Shown here one piece after another: positions 40,801-49,528 of a DNA stretch of 64,000 bases. A program made the translations under genes and the position numbers. Position 1 is the stretch's first letter; each line of letters starts with the position of its first letter. The stretch comes from Candidatus Obscuribacterales bacterium (GTDB lineage Bacteria; Cyanobacteriota; Vampirovibrionia; Obscuribacterales; Obscuribacteraceae). A model generated the notes under the pieces. It saw only the letters and a program-made list of their open reading frames with translations, ran no database searches and was not told the origin of the DNA. Location of the stretch: positions 384,001 to 448,000 of the forward strand of contig CBDDIJ010000002.1 of NCBI GenBank assembly GCA_965228855.1, read 5' to 3'.

Positions 40801-40999
40801 CGTAGAGGCCGGTAAGCGTTTCCTGAGTGGCTTCGAAATATCTCTCGTTATAGTCAATATTTTTTCTGACTTGAACCGGCACCGCCGGTGCTACCGGTGC
40901 GGCAGGAGCAGCAGGCGTGGAACCCGTGACGACGGGTAGTTCCACCTTGTTCTCCGGTTTCTTGTCTTGGCCTTCTTTAGTATCAGTGACTTTCAGCAT
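37862..40999 (-). CDS. nrdJ: Adenosylcobalamin-dependent (class II) ribonucleotide reductase with C-terminal TSCPD-like domain and Zn ribbon
   Basis: CLAAC, QGGRRGGA, HPDI, CNPCGEQ, CNLSS, NAPTGT, terminal CGKC...CNVCQSCGYSKCG; no beta subunit nearby. Confidence 0.9.
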   Translation of the reverse strand: MLKVTDTKEGQDKKPENKVELPVVTGSTPAAPAAPVAPAVPVQVRKNIDYNERYFEATQETLTGLYAKRDTTTGQPIEDTSGIINRVATSVGLAELKYVLSPQEIIEISLADALKHPVVVQWGQTFADHIGNQKFWANTPANINADPEVSLDVLKYWAHGKLAGLKEATIWLRSEELRKAVISGNTANLSDHEVAMGRLSGNLRGKGCLAACGVAYVEDSLEGIQEAARIEALAAKAAMGMGINTSTLRPWASIISNGAAASGPDRFYEKTIAKAVEAVAQGGRRGGALIELRNSDHPDILFFIDKKKLIPPPVMSRIFEEVRAEFRQEIGEDSLSYKKRILEISEKRYGERFHSYMERQNYLKNTNVTVLAMPGFMEAVANKSFYQASFAKEKWSGELYDPRKPVMDEKTGQVKVNRLTKEPVYNEYAVDIKAYPGAIEAARNLKNAIVEITDKYVKVKGHFYAPEVFQRIVEGMRDSGEPGIGFYEHINEGNANDHIYDLNTCNPCGEQFLPAGPGKDGNFYMGNCNLSSVHAAHLDFWNPDGTYNMQAMKAATRVQQRFMDNVTDVSWYPIPAQNMTARMERRNGGGFAGIAEFLSRLGVEFGSPEGLEATENLFRQYTKASVDASIEMAKERGVYPLWEGSKFQKKGLRVRNSCMTNNAPTGTLAQALQTSWGVDPHNGIVFSRKVRSRFVDFLAPGFKEAMVKHGAWPADEEGEKALLKRIRDNHKSCRGLKEVPAAVQKAFPVRVEVDPDKYIKHLAAIHKGAVEYPEAFNSVSNTCSIPLESSEDLVAEATMLAWKLGVKDITFYPDGARLSQPVEKIAAQDYDRQSDLLTLLGHSERRAINVEETTGQTYKVRVGTEDGGSTLHVSLNHEVERAGELIEVYARMGKPGAIEGGLFEAVGRLASAFLKYAAEFGEVERSKAEMEIVKQLVNIQSGYPAFFKFKDSDKAVVVQSPCDGLAKAIQNYRRHYALNHEGMAEAEESLNHTLVPQAAITNSASVSPTETAGPRGKSCGKCGSAEFLKIDGCNVCQSCGYSKCG

Positions 41000-41363
41000 G
41001 CGGGCTTCCCTTCCTTCTAATGGATGTGGATTGAAAAACAGACGGGATCTATCTATAACGTGCACAGCAAGTTACCGTGAGCTCTTGCGAGCAAACGGGC
41101 GCAATGTAAATTCACCCAGGCTGGTCAGGCAGAGGGAAAGCAATGGTGGGACCAGAAAGCAAATTAGTTTTGCCTTAGAGCCTTTCGTGAATTTGAAATT
41201 GTGCGTTCAAAAATTCGTTGAAATTTATGGTACTAGGGATGGGGTCATGGTTCAAGTATGTAAAGTTCAAATGACAACAATCCCAAAAGCCCTATTCTCT
41301 GAACCTGTGTGCGTTTTCAGACTTATACACAGAATTATTTCTAATCTTGGATCCAAACCGCTT

Positions 41364-41626
41364 TACCCAGATGTAGCGTAAGTGCTAGTCGTTGCAATGA
41401 TATATACGATGCTCAAAACATTGACCGGGTTTGCTTTCCGAGACACAAGGGTTCCGATCGCATATACACCATAGACGCCACCACTTAGAACGAATTATCG
41501 GCTGCTCATATTAGAGTGATACCACCGGTGGAGCAAGATAGGTTATAGGCCTCCGGCTGCAAACCCAGAACGCATAATGATCTACAGCCGACGGATAATA
41601 AATGGTAGGCACGCTATATATAGCGC
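41364..41626. promoter_or_regulatory. Possible NrdR boxes upstream of nrdJ (41364-41379, 41611-41626)
   Basis: ACGCTACATCTGGGTA (minus strand) and ACGCTATATATAGCGC resemble the acaCwAtATaTwGtg consensus; both are far from the start codon. Confidence 0.3.
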
Positions 41627-41757
41627 CGCTTTCGCGCCAGATCTCGAACACTATGCGATACACTCATCCCACCGATACGAACACTATCGGTCTGATATAT
41701 TCTTTCAAAACCCTGATGGACAGCTAACTGTTATAGGCACAGATCGATATATTTTGC

Positions 41758-42467
41758 CTACTATATCCGAGAGTGTCTTGCTACTCCCGTCAAATCCGTT
41801 CAGGATAGGCATCTCGGGAATTTTGATGCGATCGCAAACCAGATAAACTGGTGATTTGTCTATCGCTCAATGCCAGTTTTGAGCAGATCCGTCATTCAGG
41901 GATAGACAGAATTCAAAACTTGTCTACTATATCCGAGAGTGTCCCGCCACTCCCGTGAAATCCTTACACGATAGGGTTTTCTGGGATTTTGACAAGATGG
42001 CAAACCAGGTAAACGTGGTTACTTGTCTATCGCTCAATGCCAGTTTTGAGCGAATCCGTCGTTCAGGAATAGACAGAATTCACGGTTCGTCCCGTATAAA
42101 GATCGTTCTAAAATAGTCCGTGAGATTCTCGCGGTGGAAGCAAGCGGCCATGGCTTGGCCGCCAGGCTGTCAGCTCACAGGCTAACCGTGCTTGGCTTTG
42201 GACAAGAGCCATCGCTCTTCTAATTCCGGTTTCAGTCTCGGCTTAAATTGTAGTTACTCCAATTTAAGAGGAGAACGTTCATTTTACAGATAACGTAAGA
42301 ACGTCCTTGTCTACGCCAGATAGACGATTTTGGCGAATTCCGGCATTCTGGCATAGACATACCTTGCCGTTCCTTCTGTATCGCGGAGTCCACGTTCGCG
42401 CATCGCGCCAACTGGAGCCAACTGCCGAGGCTGGTTCCGCCGGAGACACTATGCCTCTCTATAGTAG
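41758..42467. repeat. Composite palindromic element, locus 7 (three cores: 41856-41909, 42023-42076, 42307-42360)
   Basis: A ~160-bp arm+core unit is tandemly duplicated (41758, 41924); third core TTGTCTACGCCAGATAGACGATTTTGGCGAATTCCGGCATTCTGGCATAGACAT; TATAGTAG 42460. Confidence 0.9.
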
Positions 42468-42482
42468 AGGTTTTCAAAAGAA

Positions 42483-42524
42483 GCCGATGGCGGAGGTCCT
42501 GTTGGTACAGGCTCCGCCACCGGC
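42483..42524 (-). terminator. Terminator at the end of the 42.5-49.5 kb block
   Basis: GCCGATGGCGGAG...CTCCGCCACCGGC followed by TTCTTTT on the minus strand. Confidence 0.7.
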
Positions 42525-42536
42525 GATTACTTCAGG

Positions 42537-42797
42537 TCAGACGTACAGCGACTGGCGACCGAAGAGGCGCTCTTCGCGCATCGCCTGCTTGTCGATGCGA
42601 CCGTCCTCGGTCAGGATGACGCGGGCGGTCGAGACCGGGCGGCGGTTGCGGCGGCGGTTGGAACCGCGACCGATGCCGAGGATGCGTTCGATGCGCTGTT
42701 CGCGCATGACGTCCTTGGCGGTGGCGCCGATGTCGAAGCCGGGGTCGTAGTCGTTGTTGTCGGTGGCGGTGGTGGTGGTGTTGTTCTGCGTGGTCAT
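42537..42797 (-). CDS. Small Arg-rich hypothetical protein
   Basis: TAAGGAG RBS, strong GC3 bias. Confidence 0.75.
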   Translation of the reverse strand: MTTQNNTTTTATDNNDYDPGFDIGATAKDVMREQRIERILGIGRGSNRRRNRRPVSTARVILTEDGRIDKQAMREERLFGRQSLYV

Positions 42798-43078
42798 AGT
42801 AACTCTCCTTAGTGCCCTCTCGGGCGGTTGTGATTTGGCACCACCTTTGGTGGCGCCGCCTCGGTGGTTGTGTCGACTCGACGGCACCCGCCGCCAGCCG
42901 ACTGTTTTGCCGAATGGAACTCCCACGCGGCGAAATTCGTTGCTAAAAGAGAATCCTGATGACCAGCAACAAACCGGGGCAGACAAGTCTGTCCGCCCCG
43001 GTTGTTAGTCCAGTCACCACAATGCAGTCGCCTGCATCGCGCTCGAAACCTGCCGGAGGCATTGGTCTGTTGAGCGGG

Positions 43079-43552
43079 TCAGACCTCGACGACGAGCACG
43101 ACCGAATCGCGCGGACCGAAGTCCATGCGATTCATGTCGAACGGCTCGATCGTCTCTTCGGGCTCGTACCGGCGGAGCACACGGTCGACGAAATCCAGGC
43201 CCTCGGCTTCCTCGGCGACGATGTCGGCGAGGTTTTCGAGAGCGCCGTTGAGGTCGTCGACCGACAGGTTGCGGAGCGTGTCGCCGAAGCTGTCCGCCTG
43301 AATCATGCCGGCTTCCAGCATGTCAGCCAGGAGAGCGACATTGATGCCGCGGTCGCGCAGCTCGTCCGCGTCGGGGAAGAGGGCGAGCCCGTCCTCGTCC
43401 TCGAACAGCGCCAGGGCGCGGTCGCCGCGGTCGGCGAAGCGGTACTGGTCGATGATCGAGTCGACGCGCAGTTCTTCGTTCGCGAGCATGCCAGCCACCT
43501 GCGAGGTGAGCTGCGAGCCGGAAACGACGGCGATGAGAGTGATGTTCTTCAT
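43079..43552 (-). CDS. Acidic hypothetical protein
   Basis: AAAGGA RBS before MKNITLIAV; GC3 bias; Asp/Glu-rich. Confidence 0.75.
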   Translation of the reverse strand: MKNITLIAVVSGSQLTSQVAGMLANEELRVDSIIDQYRFADRGDRALALFEDEDGLALFPDADELRDRGINVALLADMLEAGMIQADSFGDTLRNLSVDDLNGALENLADIVAEEAEGLDFVDRVLRRYEPEETIEPFDMNRMDFGPRDSVVLVVEV

Positions 43553-43719
43553 GGTCAAGTATCCTTTCGGTTTGAGGTTGTGCACCACTAGTGGTGCGGT
43601 GAAACAAAACCAGGTGCGACGTCCACCCGGACATCGCACCCTCTCCGAGCACGCGCACAGAGTCGCGCTCCGAACGAACCAGGGACGGATGCAGAAGCAT
43701 CCGCCCCCGGGAAACAGGC

Positions 43720-43950
43720 TTAGCGCCGCTTGCCGCTATTCCGAATCTCGAAATCCGACTTGCGACGCTTCACCAGCGTTGCCGAACCGTAGTTCAGCTT
43801 CATGCTGCCCTCCTTGCTGGTGCGCTCCAGCTGGACGCCGGTGTGGAACTCCCCACCGATCGCCTCGCTGCAGCCAACGCACACCTTCGTGTCCGGCAGC
43901 GCCTCGAGACGCTTGGCCGGAATGGGCTCATCACAACGAATGCAAAACAT
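43720..43950 (-). CDS. TraR/DksA C4-type zinc-finger protein
   Basis: CIRCDEPIPAKRLEALPDTKVCVGC; GGAGGT RBS. Confidence 0.9.
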   Translation of the reverse strand: MFCIRCDEPIPAKRLEALPDTKVCVGCSEAIGGEFHTGVQLERTSKEGSMKLNYGSATLVKRRKSDFEIRNSGKRR

Positions 43951-44021
43951 GCAGCACCTCCTAGGTTTGACCTATCCCCCATTGGATTCGGTCTGATTGA
44001 CACGCCACCGTATACGGTGGT

Positions 44022-44420
44022 CTACCCGATCAGCTTCTCGACCTTCGCGCGGTTCGCCGCGTGCCGGAGCACGTAGCGCGCGAAGCTCAGGTTGCTGGTC
44101 GTGGTGTACTGGGGCGCCTCCATCACGGAAGCGTACCCGCGAACAGCCCGCTCGAGCTGGCGGAACTGCTGCTTCGTCAGCGTCACCGCGAAGCCGCCGG
44201 CGTAGAGCGCCAGCTGCGTCATGGCTCGGCTGTGCTTGGTCGTGCGGCGCTCGCCCTCCTCGTCGACAGGGTTGTGATAGAGCGCAGCGATCGTGCCGCA
44301 CACCATCTGCCTGTCGAACGTCAGGAAATTCCTGGGCAAGCCCTCACCCATCGGTCCGAAGCCGCGACTCATGGAGAAGTCGACGGCGACGTTGACCTGA
44401 GGACCATTTTTCGTGGCCAT
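44022..44420 (-). CDS. Hypothetical protein
   Basis: AAGGAG RBS before MATKNGPQ; GC3 bias. Confidence 0.75.
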   Translation of the reverse strand: MATKNGPQVNVAVDFSMSRGFGPMGEGLPRNFLTFDRQMVCGTIAALYHNPVDEEGERRTTKHSRAMTQLALYAGGFAVTLTKQQFRQLERAVRGYASVMEAPQYTTTSNLSFARYVLRHAANRAKVEKLIG

Positions 44421-44488
44421 GTTTGGCTCCTTGTTAGAGAGTGTTTTGAACTGAGAGCTAACAACCACTGTCTGATGGGTCCAGCGAA

Positions 44489-44914
44489 CTAGACCCACCG
44501 GATGTTTTCGTGTCGCGGGAACGGTCCACCGAAGACCTTGTCGAAGCACGCATCCTGCACGACCTCCTGCTCGCTGTCGGGGCACGCCAGAAGGAGACCT
44601 TCGGACGTTTCGGCAACGCAGCAATAGGTTTCCGCGCCGGTGATGCGGAACTTCGCCATCTCCCAACCGCGCTTCACGCAGGCCTCGATGACCTCGTTGG
44701 CGCCGCCGAAGGTGCGCTTGACGGCGCGGGCGAACTTGCCGTAGCCGTGCAGCTTGTCGAGGATGTGGTCGTAAGTGGGACCGCCGTAGTAATACTCGAG
44801 AAGGACGATGGGCTCGCCCTTGGCTTTTGCCGAATCCAGCTCACGTTCGATCGCCTCCAGGACGGGGCCGAACGGTACGTAAGCGATCTGGCAATCAACG
44901 ATTACGTGAACCAT
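44489..44914 (-). CDS. Isochorismatase/cysteine hydrolase family protein
   Basis: VIVDCQ (Asp), KRTFG (Lys), ITGAETYCCVAET (Cys). Confidence 0.75.
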   Translation of the reverse strand: MVHVIVDCQIAYVPFGPVLEAIERELDSAKAKGEPIVLLEYYYGGPTYDHILDKLHGYGKFARAVKRTFGGANEVIEACVKRGWEMAKFRITGAETYCCVAETSEGLLLACPDSEQEVVQDACFDKVFGGPFPRHENIRWV

Positions 44915-45029
44915 CCTGTTCTCCTTTCTTATTTTTGAGGCGAAACGCGTGCGCGGTTTCGGCTCGGGTTAAGAAGACGGGGCGGGCGCAACTCGCGCCT
45001 GCCCCATCGCTAGAAACGAACTTGTGACG

Positions 45030-45566
45030 TCAGGCCAGAGCCTTACGCGACAGCACGACGTCGTCGCCGATGATGCGGAGAACGACGGCGTGAACCGACG
45101 TCCCCTTCTTCAGCGACGAGACCTTCATCGAACCGAGTTCGCTGACCGGCAAGAGTGCGCGCACGCCGTCAAGGAGGATGACGCCGGCTTCACCTGCCAT
45201 GTGAGCGAACTTGCCCTTCACCTTCTTGCCGACCGGAAACTGAGCGACGAGCGCCGGGTCCGGACGGTTGGGCTGACGAGAAGCAGGAGCAGCGGCGGGC
45301 TCGACCTCGATGACCTCGTCCAGCCGCTCGGAAACCGTGTGGAACGGTTTGCCGAAGCGGTCATCCGATGTCGCGATGACGAGAACGCGAATCTCCATGC
45401 CGACCTTGAGCTCGTCGAAACGAGCGCCACGGTTGTTGCCCTTGAGCTTGCAGAACGGAAGGCGAGCGGGTTCTGCGCTGTCGAGTTCGAGGATAGCGAA
45501 CTGCTTATCCCGGTTGATGACGGTGATTTCACCGCCTGTGACTGAGCCTACTTTTGATAGAGCCAT
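45030..45566 (-). CDS. Two-S1-domain RNA-binding protein
   Basis: KVGSVTGGEI..ELKVGMEIRVLVI; VGKKVKGK..GVRALLPVSEL..LKKGTSVHAVVLRI..VVLSRK; AAGGAGG RBS. Confidence 0.8.
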   Translation of the reverse strand: MALSKVGSVTGGEITVINRDKQFAILELDSAEPARLPFCKLKGNNRGARFDELKVGMEIRVLVIATSDDRFGKPFHTVSERLDEVIEVEPAAAPASRQPNRPDPALVAQFPVGKKVKGKFAHMAGEAGVILLDGVRALLPVSELGSMKVSSLKKGTSVHAVVLRIIGDDVVLSRKALA

Positions 45567-45954
45567 GGTAATAACCTCCTTCCAGTCACCGGCGTGCAAA
45601 GGCCGGCGCTGAAACATGTTTGGATTTTGCCTAACTCGGACACCACCGACGGTGGCGCCCCTTCGAAGCAGAAAAGCGAGTCCGAATCGCTCCGAACCCG
45701 CCTCTGCCTCATTCAGCCGACTGCGCTCGCAATCGACCGGTTGGGTCTCTCGGGGGCGATTTCTTCGCCCTGCGAGTGACCTCCACTTCAACCGCGGCAT
45801 AACGACCGCCATCGCGGCAGTCTCTCGTCCGCGGCACCGTACGTGCATTTGCACCAGCTACGGTATCGCTGGGCAAAGTCGACACGCGCCGGCGAACCGC
45901 CGCGTGTGAGTTTGGTTCACGAAGAGCAGCTGTTCACTGCCTTCTTGGACGAAC

Positions 45955-46581
45955 TCAGTTCTTGTCCGACACCGCCGCCAGGAACTGGAGCAGGTACAGG
46001 AAGAAGTTGAGGAAGTCCAGGTAGATGGACATCGTCAGCTCCACGGCCTTCGCCCAGGTGTTCTCGGAGTGACCGAGCCGGAAGAAGTCGTAGACGAAGT
46101 AGCCGGCGAAGATCACCATGCCGAACAGGCTGTAGACGATGTTGACCGTGCGGGACATGCGGACGAAGATGCCGATGACACCGACGATGATCAGCCCGAA
46201 CAGACCGAAGCCCAGGTAGGTGCCCCAGCCGCTCAGGTTGGCCGTGGTCAGAAGACCGTAGGCGCCGCAGCCGGCCATGACGCCAGCGGTGCCGAGGAAG
46301 GCGCCGCAGACCGTCTGCCAGCCGAGCTTCTGCGAGTACATCTCGACCGACGGACCCATGACGAGACCGGACAGATACGCCCAGCCCATCAGCAGGATGA
46401 TGCCGACGACCGGGTTGATGTTGGCGGCGACGATGACGGCGATGGTGCCGAGCACGAAGCCGACGAGGAGCGCGATCAGACCGCCGAGCGACTGCACACG
46501 ACGACCACACAGGGTCCCGAAGGCGCCCATGAGCATGGTGCCGGTGAGCAGCAGCGCGACTTTTGCGAACAGGGTTTCCAT
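45955..46581 (-). CDS. Bax inhibitor-1/YccA family membrane protein
   Basis: 7 TM helices, AFLGTA, FAGYFVYDF, IYLDFLNFFLYLL. Confidence 0.9.
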   Translation of the reverse strand: METLFAKVALLLTGTMLMGAFGTLCGRRVQSLGGLIALLVGFVLGTIAVIVAANINPVVGIILLMGWAYLSGLVMGPSVEMYSQKLGWQTVCGAFLGTAGVMAGCGAYGLLTTANLSGWGTYLGFGLFGLIIVGVIGIFVRMSRTVNIVYSLFGMVIFAGYFVYDFFRLGHSENTWAKAVELTMSIYLDFLNFFLYLLQFLAAVSDKN

Positions 46582-46752
46582 GTTGTAAACCTTTCGATGA
46601 CAGGCAGAGCCTGCCGGGTTAGGCGCGACTTCGCGCCAGAGATGAGTCGCAGCGAACTGCGACTCGAACCTACATGACTCAACGTCGAGCCATGTACTCC
46701 GGGGCGTTGCCGCCCCGGAGCATCAAGCTACGTCAGGCCGGAGCCCGACGCG

Positions 46753-47691
46753 TCAGACCGCAACGCGGCGCGGCAAGCGCATCCGCAGGTTGACCATCTC
46801 GATGCCCTCCGCAGTCGCATGCAGCGACTCGTCGGAAGGCAACGCCGGCACACTTGCGGTGAGCGTCTGCATTGCACCGTACTGCGGCGAGCCGACCAAC
46901 GCTGACAGCAGACTGGCACCGTTGGGAACGGGGCGCGGTTGCTCCCGCCGACGAACCGGTGCCACCGCGGGGGAAGCCGCGAAGTGGCTCAGCTTGCCAC
47001 TCACCTCGCTGCCGACCTTGCGGGCGGCTTTGCGGTGAGCCTCGACCTTGTTGGTCTTGGTGCCCCAGACTCCACGAGCCAGGCTGGACAATGCCACGAC
47101 CCGGACCAGAAGCTGGCTCTCCTGAGCCGACCGCCGGTAGTCCCAGGTCATGCCGGACACGTCCAGATACGCCCCAGCTTCCTTGTCGTACTCGGGACCG
47201 GAGAACCAGCCCCACTCACGCTTCGGAATCTGGAAGTACTGCCGGAACATGGTGGTCGTTCCGTGCGCGCCGTCGGTATATCCGCGCGGCATGCTTCCCT
47301 TGCCGCCAACGGCGGCGAGCGTGGGCAGAATCTCGTGCTTCCGCTCCGGTTCGAAGCCACGCTGGCCGACCAGAATTGAAGCCACTTTCATCAGCCCAGC
47401 GCTTTCGACTGCGCTCCGGAGGATGTCGAAGAGCGACACCGACCGGTGATTCAGCATGCGGACAGCGATGGTATCGCCATCCTCCGAGACTCCGAAACCG
47501 GCGAACCGCGTTTCATGGCGATCGCCAGTCACCCCGGTGTGTTCGGCGCCATTGAGCAGGTCAATGGTGTCGATGCCGTCGAAGCCCGGTCCGTCGAATC
47601 CAACGAGTCCAGCGAAACCGTGACCGACTGCATCGAACCCGTCGAGACCACCGCAGTGGCCTCCTGCGTCCAAACCATCACAGGCGTCCAT
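46753..47691 (-). CDS. Hypothetical protein with a Gly/Asp-rich N-terminus
   Basis: AAGGAGG RBS; 312-aa ORF co-oriented with the block. Confidence 0.7.
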   Translation of the reverse strand: MDACDGLDAGGHCGGLDGFDAVGHGFAGLVGFDGPGFDGIDTIDLLNGAEHTGVTGDRHETRFAGFGVSEDGDTIAVRMLNHRSVSLFDILRSAVESAGLMKVASILVGQRGFEPERKHEILPTLAAVGGKGSMPRGYTDGAHGTTTMFRQYFQIPKREWGWFSGPEYDKEAGAYLDVSGMTWDYRRSAQESQLLVRVVALSSLARGVWGTKTNKVEAHRKAARKVGSEVSGKLSHFAASPAVAPVRRREQPRPVPNGASLLSALVGSPQYGAMQTLTASVPALPSDESLHATAEGIEMVNLRMRLPRRVAV

Positions 47692-47823
47692 AGTTGAGAC
47701 CTCCTTTTGCTTTGAGTTGCGACGAGAACCCTCGTCATGGTGATAAGAAAGTCAGGCGCGACGTCCACCCGGACGCCGCACCCAGCCTACCGACCGTGTC
47801 TCCACGTCCGGCGGCTGTCGTTG

Positions 47824-48744
47824 CTAGCCCTGCAGGACCACCAGGTGCTGGTGACCATTGGGGGCCAGTTCGGCGATGTTGGAACCGACAGCAGCGATTG
47901 CGTCCGACGCCTCTTCCTGGGTTTCTTTCCAGGCAGCGAACGCCGAGCAACCGTTCCTGTACGGGCAACCTTCGCAGTGGAGACCGGTGTTCGCTTTGAA
48001 CTCGCCGGACTCCACCGCCTTTTCGATGCGCCGAATCACCGAGGCGACACGGAACATGTTGCGTTCGGTAGCCGCACGCGAATACCAGAACACATGCTCC
48101 TGCTTCGAGCGGAGAAGGCGGATGACGAGCTTTACCGGACCGTCGTACGACAGAGCCCGACCAACCTGCGCCACCATGCCGGCGAAGAACACCTGGTCCT
48201 TCGCCTTCTTCCTGAGGTAGAACGCCGTCTTCTTCTCGACGAGCTGGAGAACATCGCGTCCCTTCCCTCCGTCGACCATGCCGGTCTCGTCGGGCTTGGC
48301 CACCAGTTCCCAGTGCTGGACCGGAGCCGCACAGCGCAGCAGGAGCTTGTCCTTCTGCTGGTCATGCACCTCGTCGCCAGCCTCGTCGAGAATCTCGTCG
48401 TTCTCGATCAGCTCCCGCACGATGCGCTCGGCTTCCACCCGGGTTTCCTCAGGCAGGCGCTCGAGCTGACGAGCGAGGTCCGCTTCGCGCTCCTCACCTC
48501 CCACTTTGGCCGTGGCGCGGTGCGTCAGGTCGCCGATGATCTGGTGGATCTCGCGCGGGGCCTTACGCTCGCGTTTCTTGCTCTTGCAGTAGGCGAGTTC
48601 GCACTCCTCGAATTTGCGCCAGTCCGAGAAGGACAGGCTGCGGTCCCAGGGCTTGAGGCCCGGGGGTGTCTCTTTCTGCTCCCGCCTGGGGCTGGGAGTG
48701 GAGTTACCCGTACGGGTCTCCTTGATGTCTGTTTCGTGTTTCAT
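47824..48744 (-). CDS. PD-(D/E)XK nuclease with a 1+3 Cys (Cas4/AddB-like) arrangement
   Basis: SLSFSDWRKFEECELAY, GDLTH, AKPD...VEKKT, HCEGCPYRNGC. Confidence 0.8.
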   Translation of the reverse strand: MKHETDIKETRTGNSTPSPRREQKETPPGLKPWDRSLSFSDWRKFEECELAYCKSKKRERKAPREIHQIIGDLTHRATAKVGGEEREADLARQLERLPEETRVEAERIVRELIENDEILDEAGDEVHDQQKDKLLLRCAAPVQHWELVAKPDETGMVDGGKGRDVLQLVEKKTAFYLRKKAKDQVFFAGMVAQVGRALSYDGPVKLVIRLLRSKQEHVFWYSRAATERNMFRVASVIRRIEKAVESGEFKANTGLHCEGCPYRNGCSAFAAWKETQEEASDAIAAVGSNIAELAPNGHQHLVVLQG

Positions 48745-49099
48745 ATGAACCTCCGATGGAGAATTTGCGAGCGCCGTTGAGCGCTCTGGTTAACCTGGGA
48801 GAACGTCTCCCCAGTCAGCCCCCAGCAGCTCAAACGAGCTACCACCCGGGCTGACCAGCACCGCATTTCAGCGGCCCCACCGAAGGGTCCGAACGCGCGC
48901 AGCACAAGAGGCGCGACACCATGGACGGTGTCACGCATCGAGCCGGCGAGCGTCAGAGGTTCGGATAGGGGATTGTGTTGGGCTTAACTGGTGAACTGGA
49001 AGTCGCCGGCGCGTGTACCGAGAAGCGGCAGCAGCCTTCGGTTAATCACGCGCATGCGATGAGTCCTGTTCGGTCAGCTAAGCTGCTAGCCTGGTTGAA

Positions 49100-49528
49100 C
49101 TAGTTGACGCGAACCGCGCCGACCATCTCAGCCAGCTGGTCGCCGTCATCGAGGACGATGACTTCGCCTTCGCCGAACATCGTGCGAGCCTTGAGCCCAT
49201 CCGTGTTGACGTCACCGTTCGGCAGCACGGCGTCATCAGTGATGATGAAGCGGTTGTCGACGATGGACGCGAAACCAGGAATGTCCTTGGCGACGACGGC
49301 GGGCACGGCGCCGGCGAGCACATGGAAGCTGCGGCGTTTGCCACTGCGGGTCGAACGAACGACGAAGTCGCCTTCACCGAGACCGTTGATGGTCGCCATC
49401 ACGGCTTTGCCGGTCTCGTGCTCGACGGGCGTGGTGTTGACGATGGCTTCGCGAGATGCGAAGAGAGCGCTGACGAGTTTGCCGCCGTGGTCGCTGGTGA
49501 TAACCGGAATGTTTTTGGACTGTGTCAT
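49100..49528 (-). CDS. Hypothetical protein
   Basis: AAAGGAG RBS before MTQSKNIP; GC3 bias. Confidence 0.75.
   Translation of the reverse strand: MTQSKNIPVITSDHGGKLVSALFASREAIVNTTPVEHETGKAVMATINGLGEGDFVVRSTRSGKRRSFHVLAGAVPAVVAKDIPGFASIVDNRFIITDDAVLPNGDVNTDGLKARTMFGEGEVIVLDDGDQLAEMVGAVRVN

Noticed and set aside
37862..40999. Intein or intron in nrdJ
   Set aside because: The frame is continuous and I saw no intein C1...HN or LAGLIDADG motifs; the extra length appears to be ordinary insertions.
47737..48780. 347-aa plus-strand ORF
   Set aside because: Shadow of the PD-(D/E)XK nuclease gene.
42537..49528. Intact prophage
   Set aside because: No integrase, terminase, capsid, tail or replication genes.
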